IMG/VR virus record: IMGVR_UViG_3300036668_000173
Coordinates: 1-64,000 of that record
Direction: 5' to 3' (one strand)
Source: a virus
Length of the DNA stretch: 64,000 bases
The position numbers were made by a program, and so were the translations under genes. Numbering within the stretch: the stretch's first letter is position 1; every line of letters begins with the position of its first letter. Shown here one piece after another: positions 55,957 to 64,000 of the stretch. Below the pieces are notes generated by a model. That model had not been told where the DNA came from and made no database searches. It saw nothing but the letters and a program-made list of their open reading frames with translations.

Positions 55957-57780
55957 ATGATGCAAGACGAAAAAACAAAAACCATAGCCGAAGCATACAA
56001 AACCATGAAGGAAGCCATCGAGATTGTTGCTCCTACTAAGTCTAAGGCTTCTTCGACCATGAAGAAAGACGACGGTGATGAAGACGACTATCGCGACGGT
56101 GACGAAGACTGCGAAGGCAACACCAAAGACCTAAAAGTAAAACAAAAGGGTAAAAAAGTTGTCAATGAGTTGTCAAAAAAGACTCTTGGTAATTATTCAA
56201 AAAGTGCTACATATGATTTAGTATCAAGATCAATTGCTCTTGGAAGTGCCTCTAGAGGTGACTCAGAAAAAGAGAAAGCCGATGCAAAACGTTTTGCAAA
56301 TAAAATCCCTAAACGATATAAAGGTATCAACAAGGTAACTGATCGTCTAACCAAAGAAGCATTTGATAAAGTTAAACCTGAAATGAAAACGAAAGATTTA
56401 GGGTATGTAAATATAGGTGGTGCTAGAGTCAAAGACACTCCAGAAGATAGATTAAAACATCATCAAAAAACGTTTCCGAATGCCAAAACATTACCTAAAG
56501 CTAATGAAGAATTAACAGGCGGTCAGAAAAAGATCGACAAGAACAAGAATGGCAAACTTGACGCTCAGGATTTTAAGATGCTTCGTAAAGAAGATACTGT
56601 AAACGAATTGTCAAAAAAGACTCTTGGATCTTACATTAAGAAGGCATCAGACTCTTCTGCCTATGATGCAAACATGCAAGGATACAAGTCAGGGCTGAAT
56701 CATTCAAAATTTAACAATTCAGAAGTTGGTAAGGTCGAGAAGAAACGCTCTAGTGGTATTTCAAAAGCAATTGGTCGTTTAACCCAAGAAGATACCGAAC
56801 AGTTAGACGAGTTATCTAAAGACACTTTGAAGTCGTATATTAAAAAAGGCACTAGGTCTGCAAATAGCCTCAGCAAGAGAGCAGACAAGTCATACGACAA
56901 ATCGCGTTACGCCTTTGCTCCTTCGTCTATTGACAAGCATGCAGAGAATTCGGCAAAATATGATGCAGATTCCAACAAGCGAAGAGTCGGGGTAGATAAA
57001 GCAAAGGGTCGTTTAACCCAAGAAGATACCGAGCAGTTAGATGAGTTGTCGAAAAAGACTCTTGTATCTTTTATTAAAGCTCGTGATAATGATTCAACTA
57101 AAATTAACGATTATGATAAAAGAAACAAAAGAAACAAAGGTGTTCAGACAGCTATAAATAAGTATTTGCAAAAAGATAAAAACAAAGCGATGATGACCAA
57201 AGAAGATACCGAGCAGTACGATCACGTAGAAGAGTCTTTGTCTGGGCCACAGGATCGTGAATGGATAGAAAAGATGGAAAGACACGAACGTCTACACGCC
57301 TATCACAAGCGTATGGGCAACCACGACGAAGCCGCGAAACACAAAGCGGAAGTCACTAAGCTCGAACGACACAAGGAAGAGTCTAATATGAAAGAATGGA
57401 CAAATGAATATCAATGGAATTGGGATGCAATCTCAGAAGCTTCTGAGAACGAAATTGACGATTTGATTGAGCAAATGAATGACGAAGAGTACGAGTCTTT
57501 TGTTGCAGAGTTTGATGAGTTGCAAGAAGGTAATAATATGTATCAGGCGTCGACTAATAGTAGACAACCTATGGACGCGAATGGTCGAGAGAAATTAAAG
57601 CCACGCGCTCAGGCAGATGCCGCGTTCTATGACGAGCACGAAAGAAATAAGACCGTGGTAGATTACCCAGGCAAGGTGAAGCCTACAAACAAGGTTCAAA
57701 GACAAGCAAAAGTTCGTGGTGGTGAAAACCGTAATCCCGAGCCCATGAAAACTTTGTCGGACTTCCGAAAGGGCGTATAA
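55957..57780 (+). CDS. Modular putative internal polyprotein with four ELSKxTL repeat modules
   Basis: Modules start VNE/LDE-LSKKTL and end KR..G..KA..RL; DKNKNGKLDAQDF EF-hand-like unit. Confidence 0.7.
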   Translation: MMQDEKTKTIAEAYKTMKEAIEIVAPTKSKASSTMKKDDGDEDDYRDGDEDCEGNTKDLKVKQKGKKVVNELSKKTLGNYSKSATYDLVSRSIALGSASRGDSEKEKADAKRFANKIPKRYKGINKVTDRLTKEAFDKVKPEMKTKDLGYVNIGGARVKDTPEDRLKHHQKTFPNAKTLPKANEELTGGQKKIDKNKNGKLDAQDFKMLRKEDTVNELSKKTLGSYIKKASDSSAYDANMQGYKSGLNHSKFNNSEVGKVEKKRSSGISKAIGRLTQEDTEQLDELSKDTLKSYIKKGTRSANSLSKRADKSYDKSRYAFAPSSIDKHAENSAKYDADSNKRRVGVDKAKGRLTQEDTEQLDELSKKTLVSFIKARDNDSTKINDYDKRNKRNKGVQTAINKYLQKDKNKAMMTKEDTEQYDHVEESLSGPQDREWIEKMERHERLHAYHKRMGNHDEAAKHKAEVTKLERHKEESNMKEWTNEYQWNWDAISEASENEIDDLIEQMNDEEYESFVAEFDELQEGNNMYQASTNSRQPMDANGREKLKPRAQADAAFYDEHERNKTVVDYPGKVKPTNKVQRQAKVRGGENRNPEPMKTLSDFRKGV

Positions 57781-57804
57781 GACAGTAATCTGATTGTGTA
57801 GATC

Positions 57805-57870
57805 TTAATCCTCTACCTTGGTCGTAATAAATAAAGCTATAACGACTAATACTTTAAGGTAGAGGATTAA
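57805..57870 (+). promoter_or_regulatory. RBS-sequestering 15-bp hairpin with late-promoter-like AATAAATA in the loop
   Basis: ttaatcctctacctt (57805-57819) / aaggtagaggattaa (57856-57870); ATG at 57874. Confidence 0.75.
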
Positions 57871-57873
57871 TTT

Positions 57874-58242
57874 ATGCATTTGTTTGATGAATTGAATGAA
57901 GAGAATTTTTTATTGTTCGCTTCTAAAAACTATAAGAACCCACAGTGTACAAACATACAAGAATTTTATGATGACGTGTATCGATTTAAGTACATCAAAA
58001 AACTATTAAGACGATACGAAAAGAACGGTGATCTACAAGAAAGGCTAATTCTAAATCATATGTTAATTTTGTATAACGTCTTTGATATAGAAAGCGCCAA
58101 CAAGATGATGTTCTATAAGATCAACTCTGAACACTGGCCAGCTCTAAAAACGTTTTTAATTTATTTGAACTTTATCAAAGAGAACGAATATGTTGAAATT
58201 CCTCTCGAAAACCAAGTTGTTGATGCCCTAAGGAAATTGTAA
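57874..58242 (+). CDS. Conserved T4-like hypothetical protein
   Basis: Y.NPQC, EF.DD..RFKYIK.L, ERLILNH, NVF. Confidence 0.75.
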   Translation: MHLFDELNEENFLLFASKNYKNPQCTNIQEFYDDVYRFKYIKKLLRRYEKNGDLQERLILNHMLILYNVFDIESANKMMFYKINSEHWPALKTFLIYLNFIKENEYVEIPLENQVVDALRKL

Positions 58243-58823
58243 TGGGAATTCTCACCCAAGCCGCAGACACCTACTACGCCTACAGATTTTTACGCCTTCT
58301 CACCACGCCATGGAAAGAGACGGATGCATTCGAGCAAGGGGTCATAGATGATAATGGTAAGCTATTGATCAAGCCATCTAAGTTTACGACAAAGGAACAA
58401 AAAAATTCGTACACCTACTTTAATCGATTGGTGTTTAACATTAAGAGGTTATTGGAAAAAGCGCCTGGGTCTAATAAACTAGGCTCCTACATCGCCGCCC
58501 TATACCTGATCAGAGAAGAACTTGGCTTATCAGATTCTCACGTCCAAAGTATAGCCAAAAAAATGAACCTAGAACTTTCTGAAAACCTTACAGAATCATG
58601 GTACGTTTCCAAAGACTCCCGTCTTGAGGTAGGAACCTATACACTAACCACGGACATCGCCTCTTCACTAACAGGTGATATCGTAGGGACTTCGGGTAGT
58701 CGAGTAGTCGTCAAAGAATCAGTTCTACCAATCGACTACATTTTAGATCGTCCGATATACCCTGTCACGCACGGAATAACAAAACAAATTTTATACATAA
58801 CACCTACGGATTTAATGAGATGA
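58242..58823 (+). CDS. Conserved T4-like hypothetical (virion) protein
   Basis: YRFLRLLTTPW, G.ID..G, RLVFNIKR, AALYLI.E. Confidence 0.75.
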   Translation: MGILTQAADTYYAYRFLRLLTTPWKETDAFEQGVIDDNGKLLIKPSKFTTKEQKNSYTYFNRLVFNIKRLLEKAPGSNKLGSYIAALYLIREELGLSDSHVQSIAKKMNLELSENLTESWYVSKDSRLEVGTYTLTTDIASSLTGDIVGTSGSRVVVKESVLPIDYILDRPIYPVTHGITKQILYITPTDLMR

Positions 58824-58993
58824 AAATAAAAAGCTACAAAGAATTTCAAAAAGAAGAAGCGCCTGTAAATTCAACGGGTGGAGCAATCGACATGAATCCT
58901 ACAGGGAAAAAGTCTAGACTCTTTAACAAAATGGATCGTCGGTCAAGGTGGGATGTTAAGAATTTGTATAATCGAGCCCGAGGGTTAAAGTGA
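58820..58993 (+). CDS. 57-aa CTS-bearing small protein (MKIKSYKEFQKEEAPVNSTGGAI...), missing from the ORF track
   Basis: Coupled to both neighbours (ATGA upstream, TGATG downstream); translated by hand. Confidence 0.7.
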   Translation: MKIKSYKEFQKEEAPVNSTGGAIDMNPTGKKSRLFNKMDRRSRWDVKNLYNRARGLK

Positions 58994-59847
58994 TGCGCGT
59001 GTTGACCGTCCCAGGCATTGGGGATATTCATTGGGTTATGCTCAAGATGCAATCGTGGATCGAAAAAAATTGTCCAAACGAAAAACCCGAAATATGGATA
59101 TGGAACTTCGACGGTCGACCAAGATCCGAAGAATTCGTTAGGCGCATACCCTTTGTTAAATTTGGTGGCTATTTAAATGAATCCGTAGAAATAGATAAAA
59201 GAAAACTCCATCAATCCTATCACAAGGGAAGTTGGTCAGAAGCCTTTAACTTTCACGGATTCGACTGTTACCTTTGTGTAAACGGTGAACTACGTGTTGG
59301 GCAAAAGATGGATAACATTTTGTCTAAGTATAAAACAAATTGGGACTATCCCATAAATCTTAAGGGCATACCTAGTAGTAAAATAAAAGAACCCTACATC
59401 ATATTTTATTTTTCGGATCACGGTATGTTCAGAAAATGGGTCGAGCACATGCCTGTAGAGACCATACAACATTTTCTATCGACCATAAAGGGGTACAGAC
59501 TCATCCTAACAGGATCAGAATGGGACTTTCCCTTTAACGAAAAAATAAAGGGCGACAACATAGAGAATATGTGTGGAGAGACTTCCCTTGATGATCTGTT
59601 GTCCCTGATTGTACATGCAAATGCATTTGTTGGTTGGTGTGGGGGAAACACGATCATATCACCACACCTAGGAACACCTACACTAATGTTGTGGTCAAAT
59701 CACTTTAACCACAAAAGGTTTCAGACTAATTGGGTCAAGCCAGAAAATATTGGTACGCTGTACAGACTTATGAACGTCGAAGATATAACCGAAAAAAGAT
59801 TCACTCAAAATTTAAACAAGTTATTAGAAGTTAAGGCTAAGAAGTAA
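58993..59847 (+). CDS. GT9/heptosyltransferase-like glycosyltransferase
   Basis: PGIGDIHW, NMCGETSLDDL..LI..A..FVG, LGTPTL.LW. Confidence 0.75.
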   Translation: MRVLTVPGIGDIHWVMLKMQSWIEKNCPNEKPEIWIWNFDGRPRSEEFVRRIPFVKFGGYLNESVEIDKRKLHQSYHKGSWSEAFNFHGFDCYLCVNGELRVGQKMDNILSKYKTNWDYPINLKGIPSSKIKEPYIIFYFSDHGMFRKWVEHMPVETIQHFLSTIKGYRLILTGSEWDFPFNEKIKGDNIENMCGETSLDDLLSLIVHANAFVGWCGGNTIISPHLGTPTLMLWSNHFNHKRFQTNWVKPENIGTLYRLMNVEDITEKRFTQNLNKLLEVKAKK

Positions 59848-59932
59848 AAATACTGGATGCTATATAAGTTATAATACGAGATTAGCGTAAACGATTTTTG
59901 TCATTTTAAAAGAAATAATTGGAGAGTGAATT

Positions 59933-62233
59933 TTGAACATCAATATTACCAAGCGAGACGGTCGTCTAGAACCTTTCAATCTAGACAAAATTCATAAGGT
60001 GTTAGAGTGGGCGACCGAAGGGATTGCCAACGTTTCGATTTCGGAGATCGAACTAAAGGCTAACATCCAGTTGTTTGATAGCATTCCTGCATATGACATT
60101 CATGAGTTGTTGATCAAATCTTCTGCAGAGTTAATCTCAGAACACACGCCGAACTACCAGTACGTAGCCTCGAGACTAGTCAACTACAAACTCCGAAAAG
60201 AGGTATACGGAAAATACGAACCCGACACATTACTAGACGTTGTTCGCGCAAACGTCAAGCGTGGCGTATATGATTCAGCCATCGTTAATAAGTTTAGTAT
60301 GACCGAATGGATTGCCCTAAATGGCATGATCAAACACGAACGTGACGATACCTTTACATATGTTGGTATGGAACAACTTCGTGGGAAATATTTGGTTCAG
60401 GATCGCTTGACCAAGACCCCATATGAAACGCCTCAAATTTTGTATGCCATGGTTGCTACGACTCTCTTTGCAGATTATCCAGTTGACACTAGGATGAAGT
60501 GGATTAAAGATTACTATGATGCCATTTCACAATTCTATATCTCTTTACCTACACCTGTTATGGCTGGAGTTCGGACACCTACTAGACAATTCTCTTCGTG
60601 TGTGTTAATTGAGTCGGGAGATTCTCTAGACTCTATCAATTCTACTTCAACGTCAATTGTTCGATATGTATCAAAGAAGGCTGGTATCGGAATTGGTGTC
60701 GGTGCCATCCGAGCCTTGGGTTCACGCATTGGAGACGGGTCAGTTGTTCATACTGGTTTGGTTCCATTCTTAAAACATTTCCAATCTGCGGTGTCGAGTT
60801 GTTCACAGGGTGGCGTGAGAAATGGCGCCGCGACAATCTATATACCAATTTGGCACCTCGAGTTTGAAGACTTAGTTGTATTAAAAAACAACAAGGGAAC
60901 CGAAGAGAATCGAGTTCGCCAAATGGACTATGCATTCCAATTTAACAAATTGATGTATGAACGTTTGTTGACGGGTGGAGACATCACACTATTTTCACCT
61001 AGTGATGTTCCTAATCTATTTGAGTCGTTTTATTCTGATCAGAATAAATTTAGACACTTGTATGAAAAATACGAAAATGATCCGAGCATACGAAAAAAGA
61101 CTATGAGCGCCATCGATGTGTTTAGTAAATTTTTAACCGAAAGAAAAGAGACGGGTCGAATCTACTTAATGAATGTCGATCACGCAAATGATCATGGTGC
61201 ATTTATTCCTGAACTTGCGCCTATTAGACAATCTAATTTGTGTACCGAAATTAATCTTCCCACCAAGCCATTGAATTCTGCAGACGATCCTGATGGTGAA
61301 ATTGCCTTGTGTACCCTTTCGGCTATCAATTGGGGTTTGATCAATCAGCCAACAGATTTTGAAAAATACTGTACTCTATCAGTTCGAGCCCTTGATGCGT
61401 TGTTAGATTACCAAGATTATCCAGTACTTGCGGCTAAGACCTCGACAATGAACCGAAGACCACTAGGGATTGGGATTATTAATCTAGCCTATTTCTTAGC
61501 CAAGCGCGGGTTGAAGTACGACAAAAATTCTTTAGAAACCATTAATAGTTTTGCCGAAGCATGGTCGTACTATTTAATCAAAGCCTCTGCAGACCTAGCA
61601 GAAGAGTTTGGAGCAATACCTCTAAATGGAGAAACCAAATACGGTTCAGGAATTTTACCCATTGATACATACAAAAAGGATGTGGACGGATTAATTCCCC
61701 ATGTAGAAAATATGCCATGGCAATCTCTAAGGGATCAATTGAAGAGAACAGGTATTAGAAATTCGACGCTAATGGCGCTTATGCCGGCCGAGACTTCTGC
61801 CCAATTGTCGAACTCTACAAATGGCATAGAACCACCTAGGGCTCTGGTTTCGTATAAGCAATCTAAGGATGGTGTCATGCCTCAGGTTGTCCCGGGGTAT
61901 CATCATTTGAAAAATAAATACGACTTGTTATGGGATCAAAAAACACCCGAAGGGTATTTACAAATTTGTGCAGTATTACAAAAGTACATTGATCAAGGAA
62001 TTTCAGTCAACACCTCATACAACCCAGAGCATTTCGAAGACTCAAAAATTCCTATGTCTCAGTTGATCAAAGATGTTGTCACCTTCTATAAATATGGTGG
62101 GAAGCAATTGTACTATTCTAATACTCATGACGAGTCTGGAGAAATTAAGATTTATGGAAATAAACTCGATAAAGTAATATACGACGAAATAGGAAACAGT
62201 GGTGAAAATGATTGTGACAGTTGCAAAATTTAA
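59933..62233 (+). CDS. nrdA: Ribonucleotide reductase class Ia alpha subunit with ATP cone
   Basis: KRDG ATP cone, QFSSC, SQGGVRNG, SNLCTE, PAETS, C-terminal CDSC. Confidence 0.97.
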   Translation: MNINITKRDGRLEPFNLDKIHKVLEWATEGIANVSISEIELKANIQLFDSIPAYDIHELLIKSSAELISEHTPNYQYVASRLVNYKLRKEVYGKYEPDTLLDVVRANVKRGVYDSAIVNKFSMTEWIALNGMIKHERDDTFTYVGMEQLRGKYLVQDRLTKTPYETPQILYAMVATTLFADYPVDTRMKWIKDYYDAISQFYISLPTPVMAGVRTPTRQFSSCVLIESGDSLDSINSTSTSIVRYVSKKAGIGIGVGAIRALGSRIGDGSVVHTGLVPFLKHFQSAVSSCSQGGVRNGAATIYIPIWHLEFEDLVVLKNNKGTEENRVRQMDYAFQFNKLMYERLLTGGDITLFSPSDVPNLFESFYSDQNKFRHLYEKYENDPSIRKKTMSAIDVFSKFLTERKETGRIYLMNVDHANDHGAFIPELAPIRQSNLCTEINLPTKPLNSADDPDGEIALCTLSAINWGLINQPTDFEKYCTLSVRALDALLDYQDYPVLAAKTSTMNRRPLGIGIINLAYFLAKRGLKYDKNSLETINSFAEAWSYYLIKASADLAEEFGAIPLNGETKYGSGILPIDTYKKDVDGLIPHVENMPWQSLRDQLKRTGIRNSTLMALMPAETSAQLSNSTNGIEPPRALVSYKQSKDGVMPQVVPGYHHLKNKYDLLWDQKTPEGYLQICAVLQKYIDQGISVNTSYNPEHFEDSKIPMSQLIKDVVTFYKYGGKQLYYSNTHDESGEIKIYGNKLDKVIYDEIGNSGENDCDSCKI

Positions 62234-62245
62234 GGGTTAAGAATA

Positions 62246-63373
62246 ATGTCTAGTTCAGTTTTTAAAAAGAAGAAAAAGAGTCATCTTGAATCGAAAATGT
62301 TTTTCGATGGCTCTGTCGACGTTGCTCGATATGATGTAGTCAAGTATCCGATATTTGACAAACTTACCGACAAGTCTTTGGGTTTCTTTTGGAGACCCGA
62401 AGAGGTTGATATCACAAAAGACAAATCTGATTTTCATCGGATGACTCCACATGAACAACACATTTTTACTTCTAATTTAAAGAGACAAATTCTGTTGGAT
62501 TCGGTTCAGGGAAGAGGGCCCACCGAAGCCCTACTTCCTGTTATATCAATTCCCGAATTAGAACCTTTGATCACGACATGGGCATTTATGGAAACGATAC
62601 ACTCGCGTTCCTATACTCATATCATACGAAATCTTTATGCAGATCCTTCGGTTGTCTTTGATAATATGTTAGACGTCAAGGAGATTTTAGATTGTGCTAA
62701 GGACATTTCAAAATACTATGACGACTTTATTTCTTACTCAAAATGGTATGATTTGCTTGGAGTCGGAACGCATACGGTCAACGGTGATACGGTGACAGTG
62801 TCGATGAAGGAGTTGAAGAAAAAGCTTTGGTTGATGATGAATTCTATAAATGTGTTAGAAGGCGTTAGGTTCTATATCTCTTTTGCGTGTTCATGGGCAT
62901 ATGCCGAACTAAAGAAAATGGAAGGCAACGCTAAAATTATTAAATTTATTGCTCGTGATGAAAATATTCACCTTGCAACAAGTCAAACTATACTCAAGAC
63001 TTTGCCCAAGGATGATGCAGATTACGAGAAAATACGAATCGAGTGTGAGCCTGAAGTACTAGAGATGTTTGTTAACGCAGTCGAGCAAGAAAAGCAATGG
63101 GCAGAATACCTATTCAAAGACGGTTCGATGATTGGTTTAAATAAGAAATTATTGTCTGACTATATAGAATGGATTGCAACAAAACGAATGAAGTCTTTAG
63201 GCATCACGTCGCCTTATGTTGTTTCACAATCAAACCCTTTACCATGGACTGATAAATGGATTGGTGGTGGATCGGTTCAGGTGGCACCCCAAGAAACACA
63301 AATTTCTTCTTATGTTTTGGGTGGCGTGAAACAAGACGTTTCTTCTGACACAATGAAAGGACTATCCCTATGA
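62246..63373 (+). CDS. nrdB: Ribonucleotide reductase class Ia beta subunit
   Basis: FFWRPEE, DSVQGR, ETIHSRSY, LEGVRF, RDENIH, APQE. Confidence 0.97.
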   Translation: MSSSVFKKKKKSHLESKMFFDGSVDVARYDVVKYPIFDKLTDKSLGFFWRPEEVDITKDKSDFHRMTPHEQHIFTSNLKRQILLDSVQGRGPTEALLPVISIPELEPLITTWAFMETIHSRSYTHIIRNLYADPSVVFDNMLDVKEILDCAKDISKYYDDFISYSKWYDLLGVGTHTVNGDTVTVSMKELKKKLWLMMNSINVLEGVRFYISFACSWAYAELKKMEGNAKIIKFIARDENIHLATSQTILKTLPKDDADYEKIRIECEPEVLEMFVNAVEQEKQWAEYLFKDGSMIGLNKKLLSDYIEWIATKRMKSLGITSPYVVSQSNPLPWTDKWIGGGSVQVAPQETQISSYVLGGVKQDVSSDTMKGLSL

Positions 63374-63648
63374 GCGTTACGGTTTATACGTTAGACAATT
63401 GTGGCTACTGCAAAGTCGCCAAAGAGTTATTAAAATTTAAAGATGTAGTGTATACCGAAGTACATGTACCACAAGATTTTTCGACAAGAGATTTTATGAC
63501 TAAATTTCCTAAAATCAAAACCTTTCCCTTAATTATAGAAAATGAGGGAGAGGTTATTATCGGAGGATTTACGGATTTACAAGAGTGGTTACTTAAAAAA
63601 GAAAAAACAAAAACTTTAACCGATGAAATAAAAGGACTAACCCTATGA
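63370..63648 (+). CDS. Glutaredoxin
   Basis: CGYC, TFP, IGGF. Confidence 0.9.
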   Translation: MSVTVYTLDNCGYCKVAKELLKFKDVVYTEVHVPQDFSTRDFMTKFPKIKTFPLIIENEGEVIIGGFTDLQEWLLKKEKTKTLTDEIKGLTL

Positions 63649-63815
63649 TAGAATGTTTTGCATGTGGTACGAACTTTGAAATTAAATTCGAAGACGAAGA
63701 CACAAAATTAAATTATTGCCCCCACTGTGGTGAAGAGTCGGTTGACGAGATCATCATAGAAGATATTCAGGACATCGACGAATATTTTTATGAGGACGAA
63801 GACATTGATAAATAA
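63645..63815 (+). CDS. Small zinc-ribbon protein (CFAC...CPHCG) with acidic tail
   Basis: Translated by hand; ATGA coupling to the glutaredoxin. Confidence 0.7.
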   Translation: MIECFACGTNFEIKFEDEDTKLNYCPHCGEESVDEIIIEDIQDIDEYFYEDEDIDK

Positions 63816-63847
63816 TTCCATGAAGATCAATATGGAGTTATTTGGAA

Positions 63848-64000
63848 ATGTGGCTATACGAAAATAAAGAATACAACCCTACCGAGCTAGACCCCAAAGT
63901 AGTGTATGGGTTTGTGTACTTGATTGAGAACACACAAACCCATAAAAAATACATAGGTAAGAAGTTCCTATTTTCTTCTAAGACAAAACAGGTCAAGGGA
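63848..64000 (+). CDS. GIY-YIG endonuclease (EndoII/DenA-like), 3'-truncated
   Basis: MWLY...YGFVYLIEN.....KYIGKK. Confidence 0.75.
   Translation, partial: MWLYENKEYNPTELDPKVVYGFVYLIENTQTHKKYIGKKFLFSSKTKQVKG

Noticed and set aside
522-62461. Numerous 60-160 aa antisense and alternate-frame ORFs in the track
   Set aside because: They lie within well-supported + strand genes, lack RBS and motifs, and are typical shadow ORFs
40975-63373. Introns or inteins in gp43, gp41, thyX, nrdA, nrdB
   Set aside because: All are uninterrupted and of normal length, with no HINT motifs or frame breaks
1-64000. Genome-wide stop-codon reassignment
   Set aside because: Core genes are full length in code 11 and end at TAG (gp19, gp20, gp43) and TGA (gp17, gp47, gp41); only one isolated in-frame TGA was seen
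1-64000. DGR template repeat / reverse transcriptase, tRNA or rRNA genes
   Set aside because: No AAY-rich copy of 2160-2306, no RT-like ORF and no cloverleaf with a T-loop found by eye in the short intergenic gaps; a computational scan could still find something

Overview
This window is a 64-kb segment of a large T4-like (Tevenvirinae/Kyanoviridae-like) myophage genome. It is AT-rich, almost entirely + strand and uses standard code 11. The host is probably Gram-negative, because a lipoprotein spanin is present. Gene order: mosaic tail-fibre/receptor-binding region (C-type-lectin tip with a DGR-like variable end, a DUF285 repeat protein, deletion remnants); lambdoid-style lysis cassette; gp13-gp23 neck/terminase (mini-intein)/tail/head module; small minus-strand early island; gp3, Dps, uvsY, uvsW, gp55, gp47/46, VWA+MoxR(CobS) pair, DUF5664, gp45/44/62, A1-like phosphoesterase, regA, GT9+methyltransferase, hsp20 with a structured leader, gp43, uvsX, gp41, thyX; a ~10-kb late cluster of putative capsid-internal proteins; nrdA/nrdB/glutaredoxin. 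The most striking signal is that late cluster. Many ORFs start with a T4-IP-like capsid-targeting sequence and appear to be polyproteins cut by the prohead protease. They include a RelA/SpoT-family synthetase (with a nearby early-expressed HD hydrolase), an embedded HicA RNase domain and tandem modules joined by conserved linkers. No tRNA, rRNA, CRISPR array or reverse transcriptase was seen. All family assignments are from motif recognition and synteny by eye, not from database searches.
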